DNA of 64,000 nucleotides from Nitrospirota bacterium (lineage in GTDB: Bacteria; Nitrospirota; UBA9217): positions 704,001 to 768,000 of the forward strand of contig CAVTRN010000001.1 of the NCBI GenBank assembly GCA_963737155.1, read 5' to 3'. Under the pieces are notes generated by a model. It saw only the letters and a list, made by a program, of their open reading frames with translations, was not told the origin of the DNA and did no database searches. Shown here one piece after another: positions 31,710 through 41,723 of this stretch; within the stretch, counting starts at the first letter, position 1, and each line of letters begins with the position of its first letter. The position numbers and the translations under genes were made by a program.

Positions 31710-32006
31710 ATGAGTCTTACGAAGGTTAAGAGGAAGGATTGCACTCGTTGGTATCTTTACATCCTTAGATGCTTCGACGGCTCGCTCTACACTGGCATCG
31801 CTAAGGATCTTCAGCAGCGTGTACGGGCGCACAACAGCGGTACGGCTTCTCGCTATACGCGGTCCCGCCTTCCCGTTACGATTATTTATCAGGAACTCTG
31901 CCGTGGCCACTCTAGCGCACTTAGGAAGGAATATGCAATCAAGCAGTTGTCGAAGAAGGAAAAGGAAAAATACATTATCCGTAAGTCAAAGACACTGGAT
32001 GACTGA
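31710..32006 (+). CDS. GIY-YIG nuclease family protein (YhbQ-like)
   Basis: WYLYILRC.DGSLYTGI..R..HN.G..YT..R.P..ALRKE..IK. Confidence 0.9.
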   Translation: MSLTKVKRKDCTRWYLYILRCFDGSLYTGIAKDLQQRVRAHNSGTASRYTRSRLPVTIIYQELCRGHSSALRKEYAIKQLSKKEKEKYIIRKSKTLDD

Positions 32007-32060
32007 TCAAGTCGTCCAAAAATGATGAACAGGTCGTACTATCATGGATAATAAATATTT

Positions 32061-33419
32061 GGTTCTTTCGTATAAAAGTTGAAAATGCCGTAGTGTTGTA
32101 AAAAAGAGACATCGGATTAACCAATTCTGGTAAAGTTAGGTTTCCCGACCAAACTTTTCTCAGAAAGGAAAATCCGATGCAGCTCCATACTATCACAGAA
32201 CTGCTTGCAATTCCAAACTATCACGTGAGTCATATGGTCAATCATTCAGACAACCGCCTCGATTTGTTGTTGGAACAGTCCGCATTCACTCCTGCCGTCT
32301 GCTCTGGTTGCGGTCACGTCCACAACACACCGGTACACAGCATAGGAGTGATCATCGTCGAGGACCTCCCCATAAGCGGCAAACGAGTGTTCTTGCACAT
32401 CCCGAAACGCAAGTCCCTCTGCATCGAAGACGACAGCAGACGGGTCGAGGAACTTGACTGGCTCAGGGGCCGGTTCACCAAGCGATTTGCCGAACAGGTA
32501 TACCGTCTTACTTCCATCACCACCAATCAGGAAGCAGGATGGTTTCTCGGCCTCGATGACGAGGTGGTCTACCGGATCGACCGGCAGCGCCTCGAAGAAC
32601 TTGCCCGGGAAAAGCTTTCGCCGGTTCCCTCGCCCACATATATGAGCGTTGACGAGGTAGCCTGGCAAAAGTGGCATCACTATGTCACCAACGTGGTGGA
32701 CATCGAAAAACGCAAGGTCATCTGGAATCATGATGGCCGAGGCAAATCCGTACTCGATTCCTTCTATGATGCTCTGGGTGAGGAATCCTGCGCCGCCATC
32801 GAGGCCGTCGCCAGTGATGGTGCTCGCGGGTTTCTGTCGGCCACCCAGGAACATGCAAAAAACGCGTTGATCGTTCTTGACCACTTCCACGTCAAGAAAT
32901 ACTTAAACGATGCTGTAGACACAGTGCGTAAGGAGGAGCTGAACAAAGCCCGGAAGGAGAAGAATACCGATCTCGCCTCGCTCCTCCATTGCAACAAACG
33001 CTTTATCCTGATGCAGAACAAACCATCAAAGAGGAAAGAGAATCTCCTTGATAAGCTTGCTGATCTCAATGACCCCATTTATAAGGCTATGCTGCTCAAA
33101 GACCAGTTCCTGACGATCTACACATCGCCTGACCGCACCACAGCTCAAAAAAATCTCCGCCAGTGGATTGTTTCAGCCATTACCTCGAAGATTCCGCCGT
33201 TCATCGAACTTGGGTTCAAGTTCTTTAGGAAAAGGCATTTTGTACTGAACTACTTTCTCTGCAAAATAACAACAGCGATCTCCGAGGGCATCAACAACAA
33301 AATAAAGCGTTTAAAGCGCATGGCATACGGCTATAAAGATGTAAAGTACTTTTTACTCAAGATCCACCAGCATTGCGGACTGCTTAACCCAAGGCTTTCA
33401 ACTTAAACACGAATGACGG
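32061..33419 (+). mobile_element. ISL3-family IS
   Basis: Imperfect 24-bp IRs sharing AAGTTGAAA; 8-bp TSD AAATATTT at 32053-32060 and 33420-33427. Confidence 0.92.
32177..33406 (+). CDS. ISL3 transposase
   Basis: CxxC finger, SVDE, LDHFHV, SEGINNKIKRLKRMAYGY. Confidence 0.95.
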   Translation: MQLHTITELLAIPNYHVSHMVNHSDNRLDLLLEQSAFTPAVCSGCGHVHNTPVHSIGVIIVEDLPISGKRVFLHIPKRKSLCIEDDSRRVEELDWLRGRFTKRFAEQVYRLTSITTNQEAGWFLGLDDEVVYRIDRQRLEELAREKLSPVPSPTYMSVDEVAWQKWHHYVTNVVDIEKRKVIWNHDGRGKSVLDSFYDALGEESCAAIEAVASDGARGFLSATQEHAKNALIVLDHFHVKKYLNDAVDTVRKEELNKARKEKNTDLASLLHCNKRFILMQNKPSKRKENLLDKLADLNDPIYKAMLLKDQFLTIYTSPDRTTAQKNLRQWIVSAITSKIPPFIELGFKFFRKRHFVLNYFLCKITTAISEGINNKIKRLKRMAYGYKDVKYFLLKIHQHCGLLNPRLST

Positions 33420-34814
33420 AAATATTTTGAATCTTATCGCCGGGAATTTCCCATTACCGATAAATACATCTTTTTCGATCACGCAGGCGTTGCGCCTGGT
33501 TCGCTCCGCGTTAAGGCCGCCGTCGGGAAGTTTCTTGTGGAATCGACGGAAGGCGGAGCTTTTTTTTATCCGAAGTGGTCGCAGCAGGTTGTTGATATCA
33601 GACGGGCATGCGCTGGAATTGTCAATGCCGACCAAGACGAAATCGCCTTTGTAAAGAGCACGTCTCACGGGCTTTCAATTGTTGCCAGCGGGCTGGACTG
33701 GAAAGAAGGAGACAACGTAATCATTTTCGAGAAGGAGTTTCCTTCGAATCTCTATCCATGGATCAATCTTAAACGAAAAGGTGTCCAGGTAAGAGTTATT
33801 CCGTCCCGCGAGGGCAGAATCCTGTTCGAAGACATTGAATCGTTGATCGATGCAAGGACCCGTTTGTTTGCCGTCAGCTCGGTACAGTTCTCGAACGGCT
33901 TTAAACTAGATTTACAGAGGGCGGGAGAATTATGCGAATCAAGAGGAATTTTATTCTGCGTCGATGCGATCCAGAGCCTCGGCATTATCCCGATGGACGT
34001 AAAAGCATTCAACATCGATTTCCTCTCCGCGGACGCGCATAAATGGCTTTTGGGCCCAGAGGGCATCGGTATTTTTTATTGCAGACGCGGACTTGCCGAA
34101 CGGATTGTACCACCGCTTATCGGCTGGAAATGCGTACAGAACGAGCTTGATTTTGCTCACCCTGACTTCTGCTTCAAGACAAACGCCCTCAAGTTCGAAG
34201 AGGGCTCGATGAATCTAATGGGCATACTCGGCCTCGGCGCGGCGGTAGAACTTCTATTCGAGGTTGGGATCGATCGTATTCAAAACCGCGTGCTGGATCT
34301 CGGCGATGCGATAATTCGGGAAACGGAAAAAAGAGGGCTAAGACTCCTGACGCCCCGAAACCGGCGGGACCGGGGAGGGAACATCACTGTTGCTGGTGAT
34401 TTCGATCCCTCAATCATGCGGGATAGTTTGCGGGAAAAAGGGATCATGGTCAACGCTCGCGGCGGCGGTCTCCGCATATCACCGCATTTTTATAATAACG
34501 AGGAGGAAATCGCGGTTTTCTTTGACAAGGCAACTGGGCGTGCTACCTCATAAATAATTATAAATTGCAACATTGATCGACATCAATATTCTTTATCAAT
34601 CAGCCTAATCATCAATTTAATTAATGATACGACAGCCGAATCTGTCAGCATCCTAATCGCTTCTGTGCCTAGGTCAATGGTCATTGCTAGTCACTCTCAA
34701 GTATTCGATGCCTTTCGGCATACATCCTTAGTGCTCTAAAAATACCTATGGGCAGGAATGAAATCGGTCAATACCGGATTTTAATATATATTACATCTGC
34801 ATGGAGGAGTTTCT

Positions 34815-35147
34815 ATGGAACTTGATGTGACTGTTGGTGGCAAATCACTTGCATTACCGATCGACAATCCCTTTCATCTGGATATCGAAACTATGGCAGC
34901 TCGTATTGAGTCATTTCTTGCATCACAAGGCGCACAGACGAAGGGTCTGGACATCCGCGGACTTTTACCGAAAATGGTGAAAGGGATTGCCGGTTGTGAA
35001 AGCGGCTGTCCTGCTGATGCCAAGAGTTTCGTTTCGCGCGGATTTACAAACTTCAAGCTCGAATACGTCGAGGGCGGAATTCTTCATGCCCAGGCGACAA
35101 CGGATGGCGGCAAAACAGTCTCCCTGAAGATGTTTCCTGATTTCTGA
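34815..35147 (+). CDS. Hypothetical protein with CxxGCP motif
   Basis: GGAGGA RBS; 110 aa; GIAGCESGCPADAK. Confidence 0.75.
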   Translation: MELDVTVGGKSLALPIDNPFHLDIETMAARIESFLASQGAQTKGLDIRGLLPKMVKGIAGCESGCPADAKSFVSRGFTNFKLEYVEGGILHAQATTDGGKTVSLKMFPDF

Positions 35148-35898
35148 ATCGGCCTTTTCCATTTCGCAGGGTAATTGCTGTTTCTTGCCTATCTTCTCCC
35201 AAGGGAGCCGTTTGCTGACTACGCTACCTTTACACTGGTGAATATTTCTTGAGAACTATCGAAGAGCAACATCACTATAATATAGATCACTTATGCCTGC
35301 CTCACAAATTTTTATCCATACAACCGTCCTGGCGAAAGTAGTAGGTGCGTAATGTCGCAGCCGATCAGTTATCGGCATTAATTGTATAATAGGAACTGCC
35401 AGTCGGTTTTCATGCCTCGCTAATCAATATCAATGCTTAGACCGTGCATCAAGTTTGACGATGATCCTCAGTCCTTGTTAATTCATCTCAAAGTGATGCT
35501 CCACCCAGAAAATCACTTATATATTAATACTCTGCAACGACATCGGCAACAAGCCAAATGCAGTTGATCGTGAGGTTATCCCACCAAGCCATTATTATAT
35601 AGATAATATTGCAATCTATATATTTATTACGCTAGTTTATTGAGGCTACTCCCCCACTCTTGTATTCAAAATTCCTTGATAATACGGATCCGGACGGAAT
35701 AGCGTGAGTTCTCGCAATAGGCATATCTCGATGATACTTTCACGATCGTCATATTGAAAAGCAGGGGGACTATCAAGACCAAAAATGGCGTGCCTGAAGT
35801 GGCGGTAGCATATCGCAAAGCAGGTATATCATTTAAAAAGCATTGTTTCTTGCTGGCAGGAGCCGGAAGGATCAAAGCGGAGATCCAGCTTTCGGCCA

Positions 35899-36147
35899 TC
35901 AGTCCTCATTCCCGTACACCGCACGGATCCTGCGGCCAAGCTCTCGGAGCGCATCGGAAAACTTCATACCCTGTTGTTCCATGAGTTCCCTCACGACTTC
36001 AGCCTTGCTTAGGTCAGTAATTACTTCATCAGCTTCTTCAATGACCTCGCAGGCATTTTCCCCTTTTTCCAGTTGCTGCCGGATACAGCCCTCAAGCTGT
36101 GCAGCGGAGTATTTTTCCACGATTTTTTTAAGTTCTACGTTCTTCAT
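35899..36147 (-). CDS. Small helical hypothetical protein
   Basis: 82-aa protein-like ORF with two Cys, divergent from mnmE. Confidence 0.7.
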   Translation of the reverse strand: MKNVELKKIVEKYSAAQLEGCIRQQLEKGENACEVIEEADEVITDLSKAEVVRELMEQQGMKFSDALRELGRRIRAVYGNED

Positions 36148-36341
36148 GGTTGTGAGTAGTATTTGAGCTGGATTCTATCACAAAATCGGTCTCAATAATA
36201 AAATAATCCGCATTACGGCGTCCGATCATACCAAGACGCTGCTCCCTATCATTTGAAAATATTCGTTGACGATATTCACGCTCTGATCTTGCCTGCCAAA
36301 AAGGTCTTTTGACCTTAACGTTGATGTGGTAATATAGCCGC

Positions 36342-37715
36342 ATGAATCAAGAGGACACCATTTGCGCCGTTTCGACGCCGCCTGGTGAGGGTGGGATCGG
36401 CATTATCCGCGTGAGCGGCAATGACGCGCTCGCAATTACCTCCACCCTATTCAGGCCGCGACAGGACAAAAAGCTTCAGGATGCGGCAACCCATACTCTG
36501 CATTACGGACACATTGTCGATCCAGCAACAGGAGAACGTGTAGATGAGGCTCTTGTGAGCGTTATGCGCGCGCCAGCAACATACACGCGCGAAAACATTG
36601 TAGAAATAAACTGCCACGGTGGTATGACGCCACTCTGGCGAACGGTCGCCCTCTTAATCAATAGGGGCGCCAGGCAAGCTGAACCTGGAGAATTCACCAA
36701 GCGTGCGTTTCTGAACGGCCGGATCGATCTTACCCAGGCTGAAGCTGTTATGGAAATCATTAGGGCCAAAACTGAACTCGCTCTCAAAGCAGCGAATGAA
36801 CAGCTCTCAGGCAGCCTCTCGAAAGAAGTCTTGGCCCTTCGCGACCGACTCCTATCACTCATGGCAGCGGTGGAAGCTGGCATCGATTTTCCTGAAGAAG
36901 ACATTGAAACAGAAACAGGCAGGCCGCTTGCGGAGGAGGTTTCACGGATCAGTAGTGATGTTGCTATACTCATAAATGGCTTTCGCCATGGCAGGATTCT
37001 CCGCGACGGTTATGCAACAGCCATTGTAGGCAGGCCAAATGTAGGAAAATCGTCTCTCTTGAACGCTCTACTCAAACAGGATCGTGCAATCGTAACCGAT
37101 ATCCCAGGCACTACGCGCGACGTGCTCGAAGAATACCTGAATATTGACGGCGTGCCACTCAGGATACTCGACACCGCGGGCATCAGGCATTCACTCGACA
37201 TGGTGGAGCAAGAGGGCGTAAGGCGGAGTCTTACCGCCATCGAGTCTGCAGACATTGTGCTTCTGGTACTTGACGGATCGGTGCCTCTAACAGATGAGGA
37301 CCGGAGGGTCCTTGAAGAAATAGCAGGGAAGCCGGCGATTGTTGTCATTAATAAATCTGATCTGCCGAGGACCCTAGAGAAAATCGATCCTACCGGGACC
37401 CAGGTATGTCTTTCCTGTCGAACTGGCGAAGGTCTCGATTGCCTGAGGAGCGCAATTTCGGATAAGGTAAAAAAAGAGGGAATTACTGGTTCGCGCGAAC
37501 ATTCCTGGGCAATAAACCAGCGGCACAGGACAATCCTGGAGCAGACAAAAGAAAGCCTTGAACAATCGGGAGAATCCATCAGATCCGGCCTGTCACCTGA
37601 ATTCGTGGCACTGGATCTCCGCGCTGCGCTGGACAACCTGGGACTGATTGTCGGTGCTACCTATACAGACGACATCCTTGAGAAAATATTCAGTGAATTC
37701 TGCATCGGAAAATAG
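36342..37715 (+). CDS. mnmE: tRNA modification GTPase MnmE
   Basis: GRPNVGKSS, PGTTRD, DTAG, NKSD, C-terminal FCIGK. Confidence 0.98.
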   Translation: MNQEDTICAVSTPPGEGGIGIIRVSGNDALAITSTLFRPRQDKKLQDAATHTLHYGHIVDPATGERVDEALVSVMRAPATYTRENIVEINCHGGMTPLWRTVALLINRGARQAEPGEFTKRAFLNGRIDLTQAEAVMEIIRAKTELALKAANEQLSGSLSKEVLALRDRLLSLMAAVEAGIDFPEEDIETETGRPLAEEVSRISSDVAILINGFRHGRILRDGYATAIVGRPNVGKSSLLNALLKQDRAIVTDIPGTTRDVLEEYLNIDGVPLRILDTAGIRHSLDMVEQEGVRRSLTAIESADIVLLVLDGSVPLTDEDRRVLEEIAGKPAIVVINKSDLPRTLEKIDPTGTQVCLSCRTGEGLDCLRSAISDKVKKEGITGSREHSWAINQRHRTILEQTKESLEQSGESIRSGLSPEFVALDLRAALDNLGLIVGATYTDDILEKIFSEFCIGK

Positions 37716-37858
37716 ATACCCACGGGCTTATGCCCTTGGCATTTTGAAACCACAAAAGCACCGCCTCCTAACACTCCCTCTGAAGGGGCAGTGAAAGAAG
37801 AGGGACGCATTCATCCTCAGGCTAATACCCAGGGTATTCTGCTTCGCTTTTGATGAAT
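37712..37858 (-). mobile_element. Diverged IS200/IS605-type MITE between mnmE and mnmG
   Basis: Minus strand left hairpin AATACCCTGGGTATTAGCCTGAGGATGAA and right hairpin ATGCCAAGGGCATAAGCCCGTGGGTATCTAT; same architecture and size as the 151-bp MITE. Confidence 0.55.
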
Positions 37859-37863
37859 CTAAT

Positions 37864-39741
37864 ATGACAACTCAAAAAAAATACGACGTTATTGTCATCG
37901 GCGCTGGGCATGCCGGGTGTGAGGCAGCGCTTGCGGCAGCTCGTATGGGATGTTCGACGCTCATGCTCACGATGAACCTCGACAGTATCGCGCTTATGTC
38001 CTGCAACCCTGCTATAGGCGGTCTGGCTAAGGGGCACCTCGTAAAGGAAATCGACGCCCTCGGCGGCGAAATGGCTAAGATCATAGACCGCACAGGCATT
38101 CAATTCCGTATCTTGAATCGGAGCAAAGGCCCTGCAGTGAGAGCTACGCGCGCGCAGGCCGACAAACAGCGCTACCGTCTTGCTATGAAGGAGGTAGTGG
38201 AAAAACAGCACCGGCTGGATGTGAAGCAGGGGCTCGTTGAGAAAATCCTTGTTGAGAGCAATAGGATAATTGGTGTCGAAACCAACATTGGCGTAACATA
38301 CCCTGCATCAACAGTAATCGTGACAACAGGAACATTCCTGCAGGGGCTCATTCATATCGGACTGGTGCATTATCCTTCGGGGAGGGCAGGGGAGTTCTCG
38401 TCAATCGCTCTGTCCGAAAATCTCAGAGAACTAGGGTTCGAACTGGGAAGGCTCAAAACCGGCACCCCGGCTCGTTTGAACGGAAAAACTATTGACTTCA
38501 GCAAGATGAAAATTCAACCGGGTGACGATCCGGCCCCCTTTTTTTCATTTTCTGAATTTATGCATCCGCTCCCACAATTACCTTGTTATCTGACATATAC
38601 CAACACTAATACACATGAATTGATCAAACTAAATATGGATCGCTCCCCACTTTATGCCGGAATTATAAAAGGTGTAGGTCCTCGGTACTGCCCATCTATA
38701 GAGGATAAAGTTACGCGTTTTTCAGACCGAGAGCGGCACCAGGTCTTTCTAGAGCCCGAGGGGCTCGATACTGAAGAATACTACGTAAACGGCATGTCTA
38801 CCAGTCTGCCTTATGATGTGCAGGCTGAGATGTACAGGACAATCCCGGGGCTTGAGGATGTCGAGATCATGCGGCCTGCTTACGCTATTGAATACGATTT
38901 CGCACCGCCCACACAGATTCAGCACACTTTGGAAACAAAAAAAATAGCGGGTCTTTATTTTGCTGGCCAGATAAACGGAACATCAGGGTATGAGGAAGCT
39001 GCGGCCCAGGGCTTAATGGCTGGAATCAATGCTGCCCTGAAGGTACAGAATCGAGATCCACTCGTCCTTTCCCGCGCCGAAGCATATATCGGCGTACTGA
39101 TTGACGACCTTGTAACCCGGGGTACGAGCGAGCCTTACCGAATGTTCACTTCTCGGGCTGAGTACCGGCTAATCCTGCGCGAGGATAATGCAGACATGCG
39201 TCTCTGCGAAAAGGGCAGAAATGCGGGCCTCGTATCCGATGATCTCTACAATAGATATGTTGAGAAAAAAAGCTCCATTGAACGCGAGATCTCACGGCTC
39301 AAACAGTTCCGCGTCAGCCCTTCGCCGGAGATCAATACAATGCTCGCGGACCGCGGCTCGACCACGCTCTTTAGCGAGGCCTCCCTCGAACAACTTCTGA
39401 AGCGACCGGAGCTCGGATACCGCGACATCGAAAGAATCAGATCACCAGAGGCATTGCTGAAAAGCGATGCCGCTGAACAAGTAGAGATTAGCATCAAATA
39501 TGACGGTTATATACAGCGCCAGCTTCACCAGGTAGACCGCCTCTCGTCGCTCGAAAAGAAAAGTATCCCTTCTGATCTAGATTACGATACTATCATTGGT
39601 TTAGGTAGCGAAGTGAGACAAAAACTGAAGCAGGTGCAGCCGTGCTCTCTCGGCCAAGCATCCAGAATATCAGGCATAACACCGGCTGCAATTTCTCTCC
39701 TTGTGGTAGCGTTGGAAAAACGGAAGAGGGGGAAGGTGTAG
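37864..39741 (+). CDS. mnmG: tRNA uridine-5-carboxymethylaminomethyl synthesis enzyme MnmG
   Basis: GAGHAGCEA, SCNPAIGG, GPRYCPSIEDK, AGQINGTSGYEEAAAQG. Confidence 0.98.
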   Translation: MTTQKKYDVIVIGAGHAGCEAALAAARMGCSTLMLTMNLDSIALMSCNPAIGGLAKGHLVKEIDALGGEMAKIIDRTGIQFRILNRSKGPAVRATRAQADKQRYRLAMKEVVEKQHRLDVKQGLVEKILVESNRIIGVETNIGVTYPASTVIVTTGTFLQGLIHIGLVHYPSGRAGEFSSIALSENLRELGFELGRLKTGTPARLNGKTIDFSKMKIQPGDDPAPFFSFSEFMHPLPQLPCYLTYTNTNTHELIKLNMDRSPLYAGIIKGVGPRYCPSIEDKVTRFSDRERHQVFLEPEGLDTEEYYVNGMSTSLPYDVQAEMYRTIPGLEDVEIMRPAYAIEYDFAPPTQIQHTLETKKIAGLYFAGQINGTSGYEEAAAQGLMAGINAALKVQNRDPLVLSRAEAYIGVLIDDLVTRGTSEPYRMFTSRAEYRLILREDNADMRLCEKGRNAGLVSDDLYNRYVEKKSSIEREISRLKQFRVSPSPEINTMLADRGSTTLFSEASLEQLLKRPELGYRDIERIRSPEALLKSDAAEQVEISIKYDGYIQRQLHQVDRLSSLEKKSIPSDLDYDTIIGLGSEVRQKLKQVQPCSLGQASRISGITPAAISLLVVALEKRKRGKV

Positions 39742-39806
39742 TCAGGAGTAAACCTTAATAAGTTATTAATAAAACAGTATAATTTACTGATAACAAGAGA
39801 GGCATA

Positions 39807-40451
39807 GTGACCTCGCGAGAACTCTTAATGGCCGGCGCTTATGAACTCGGCATGGACCTTTCAAACGAACAGGTCAATTCCCTTTTCCTGTTCCTGACAG
39901 AGCTCACCAAGTGGAACCGTAAAATTAATCTTACGGCTATCCGCAATGAGCAAGACATGATAATCAAGCATGTCCTCGATTCTCTTTCCTATATCAAGGG
40001 GTTCAATCCTACTCCTGGATTGGGACTCATAGACTTGGGGTCCGGCGCGGGCTTTCCGGTAATTCCAATGAAAATCGCTTTACCCGAAATAAGCGTTACC
40101 CTCGTAGAATCAGTTAAGAAGAAAGCCTCTTTCTTACGGCATATTGTCAGAACCCTCGCGCTGGCCAGCGTTGAAGTACTGGATAAAAGAACTGAAGAGC
40201 TTTCCTATTCGCATCAAGCTGCTTACGATGTTGTGACTGCGCGGGCCTTCGCGAATATGAACCTGGCTCTGGCAACAGGACGGCCTTTTCTCAAACCAGG
40301 AAAGCATGCAGTTTTAAGCAGGGGACCACAGGAGACAATCAGCGTGCAGGAGTTAGCAGGCATCGGCTTCGTACTGAAAAATCGCGTTGAGCTGACGCTC
40401 CCCCATTCAGATTATAGAAGGGTGATCTGGATTCTGGAACGAACGGCTTGA
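39807..40451 (+). CDS. rsmG: 16S rRNA m7G527 methyltransferase
   Basis: WNRKINLTAI, HVLDSL, DLGSGAGFP, VTARA. Confidence 0.95.
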   Translation: MTSRELLMAGAYELGMDLSNEQVNSLFLFLTELTKWNRKINLTAIRNEQDMIIKHVLDSLSYIKGFNPTPGLGLIDLGSGAGFPVIPMKIALPEISVTLVESVKKKASFLRHIVRTLALASVEVLDKRTEELSYSHQAAYDVVTARAFANMNLALATGRPFLKPGKHAVLSRGPQETISVQELAGIGFVLKNRVELTLPHSDYRRVIWILERTA

Positions 40452-40619
40452 TTTCTCGGATCGAACATCAGGACAGCATTCAACCTTGGGGACGACGATA
40501 ACGCGGGAAATCTTGATTAAAGCTGCGAATCTTGGTATCCCTTTGAGTAGCGTGTTGATCTCTCCGTTTTCCGACATCCTCGCTTAACGACGGTTATCAG
40601 TTTTCTTGTTGGTACAATT

Positions 40620-41687
40620 ATGTTATCGGAATCATTAACGATACCTGAGGAGTGGCGTTATAGCGCCGAGGAAATTAAAAGCCAAGGAGGACCCGTTCTT
40701 GTCATCGGGGCGCCAGGATCAGGCAAAACCACATTCTGTCTTTTTCTGGCAGCGTTTCATTGCCGTCAGAAAAAAAGAGTGGTATGGATCGACGCCGATC
40801 CGGGACAACCCTTTATCGGCCCGCCGGCGGCAATTTCTCTGACCCCCTATATTGAGACAGCAGACCTGCAGCGACGAAAGAACCCCATGATCATGAGCTT
40901 TATCGGAAACACCTCACCTGTCGGCCGCTTGCTTGAAATGATTTCCGGCCTACAAAAGCTCGTATCATTCGCCCATACACTCAAACCCGATCTCATCCTC
41001 ATTAATACCTGCGGTCTCGTGAGCGGCGGTGCTGCGCGGGAGCTCAAGTTCCATGAGATTGATATGATTTCACCTCGCTACGTTATTGCCCTGCAAAAGG
41101 GCGTCGAGGTCGAACATTTACTGGCCCCTCATTCACATCGAGCCGGGCTATTGATCCATCGTCTTCCCATCTCGCCCGATGCCCGAGTTTCAACCGGTGA
41201 AGCGCGTCGCTCTGTTCGTGAACAGCGGTTCAAGGAATACTTCCGCGGCGCCGATTTTCAAGAAATTTCATTGCATGATGTAGGCATTCACGGACCAGGG
41301 CTCGGCACGGGAGAACGGCTGGGATTCCGCGACATTAATAAACTATCCAATATATTTCAAGCAATTGTGGTGCATGCCGAGCTTTCTTCCGACCGTCTAT
41401 TTCTGATTGTCGAAGGAGAATTTATGGAATCCGAGCTCTTTACAGCAAAGGAAAACTATAATGTCCGGGAAGTCATGGTTATTAAAAGTTCTGAGCTTGA
41501 CCACCTTCTCATCGGCTTGAATGATGATAGAAACCTTACCCTTGCACTCGGGATCCTGCGCACCCTGGACCTGAAAGAGCTTTCCATCCGCGTCATCACC
41601 CCGCTCAGAGACGCCTCTAGTATACACCATATTTCGCTCGGCTCTCTCCGGGTAAGCCCGGCAGGAGGGGAGCTTGGTCAGATTTAA
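40620..41687 (+). CDS. Clp1/Grc3/Nol9-like polynucleotide 5'-hydroxyl kinase
   Basis: GAPGSGKTT, DADPGQ..IGPP, INTCG, RRxxRExRF lid. Confidence 0.82.
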   Translation: MLSESLTIPEEWRYSAEEIKSQGGPVLVIGAPGSGKTTFCLFLAAFHCRQKKRVVWIDADPGQPFIGPPAAISLTPYIETADLQRRKNPMIMSFIGNTSPVGRLLEMISGLQKLVSFAHTLKPDLILINTCGLVSGGAARELKFHEIDMISPRYVIALQKGVEVEHLLAPHSHRAGLLIHRLPISPDARVSTGEARRSVREQRFKEYFRGADFQEISLHDVGIHGPGLGTGERLGFRDINKLSNIFQAIVVHAELSSDRLFLIVEGEFMESELFTAKENYNVREVMVIKSSELDHLLIGLNDDRNLTLALGILRTLDLKELSIRVITPLRDASSIHHISLGSLRVSPAGGELGQI

Positions 41688-41723
41688 AAAATAATAACAT
41701 CAGGGAAATCATAGAGTTTTTAA

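Larger units (their letters stand above)
32044..34553 (+). pseudogene. Aminotransferase class V (PLP C-S lyase-like), interrupted by ISL3
   Basis: Removing the IS and one TSD restores MDNKYFESYRREFPITDKYIFFDHAGVAP; DAIQ and DAHKWLLGP motifs. Confidence 0.88.
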
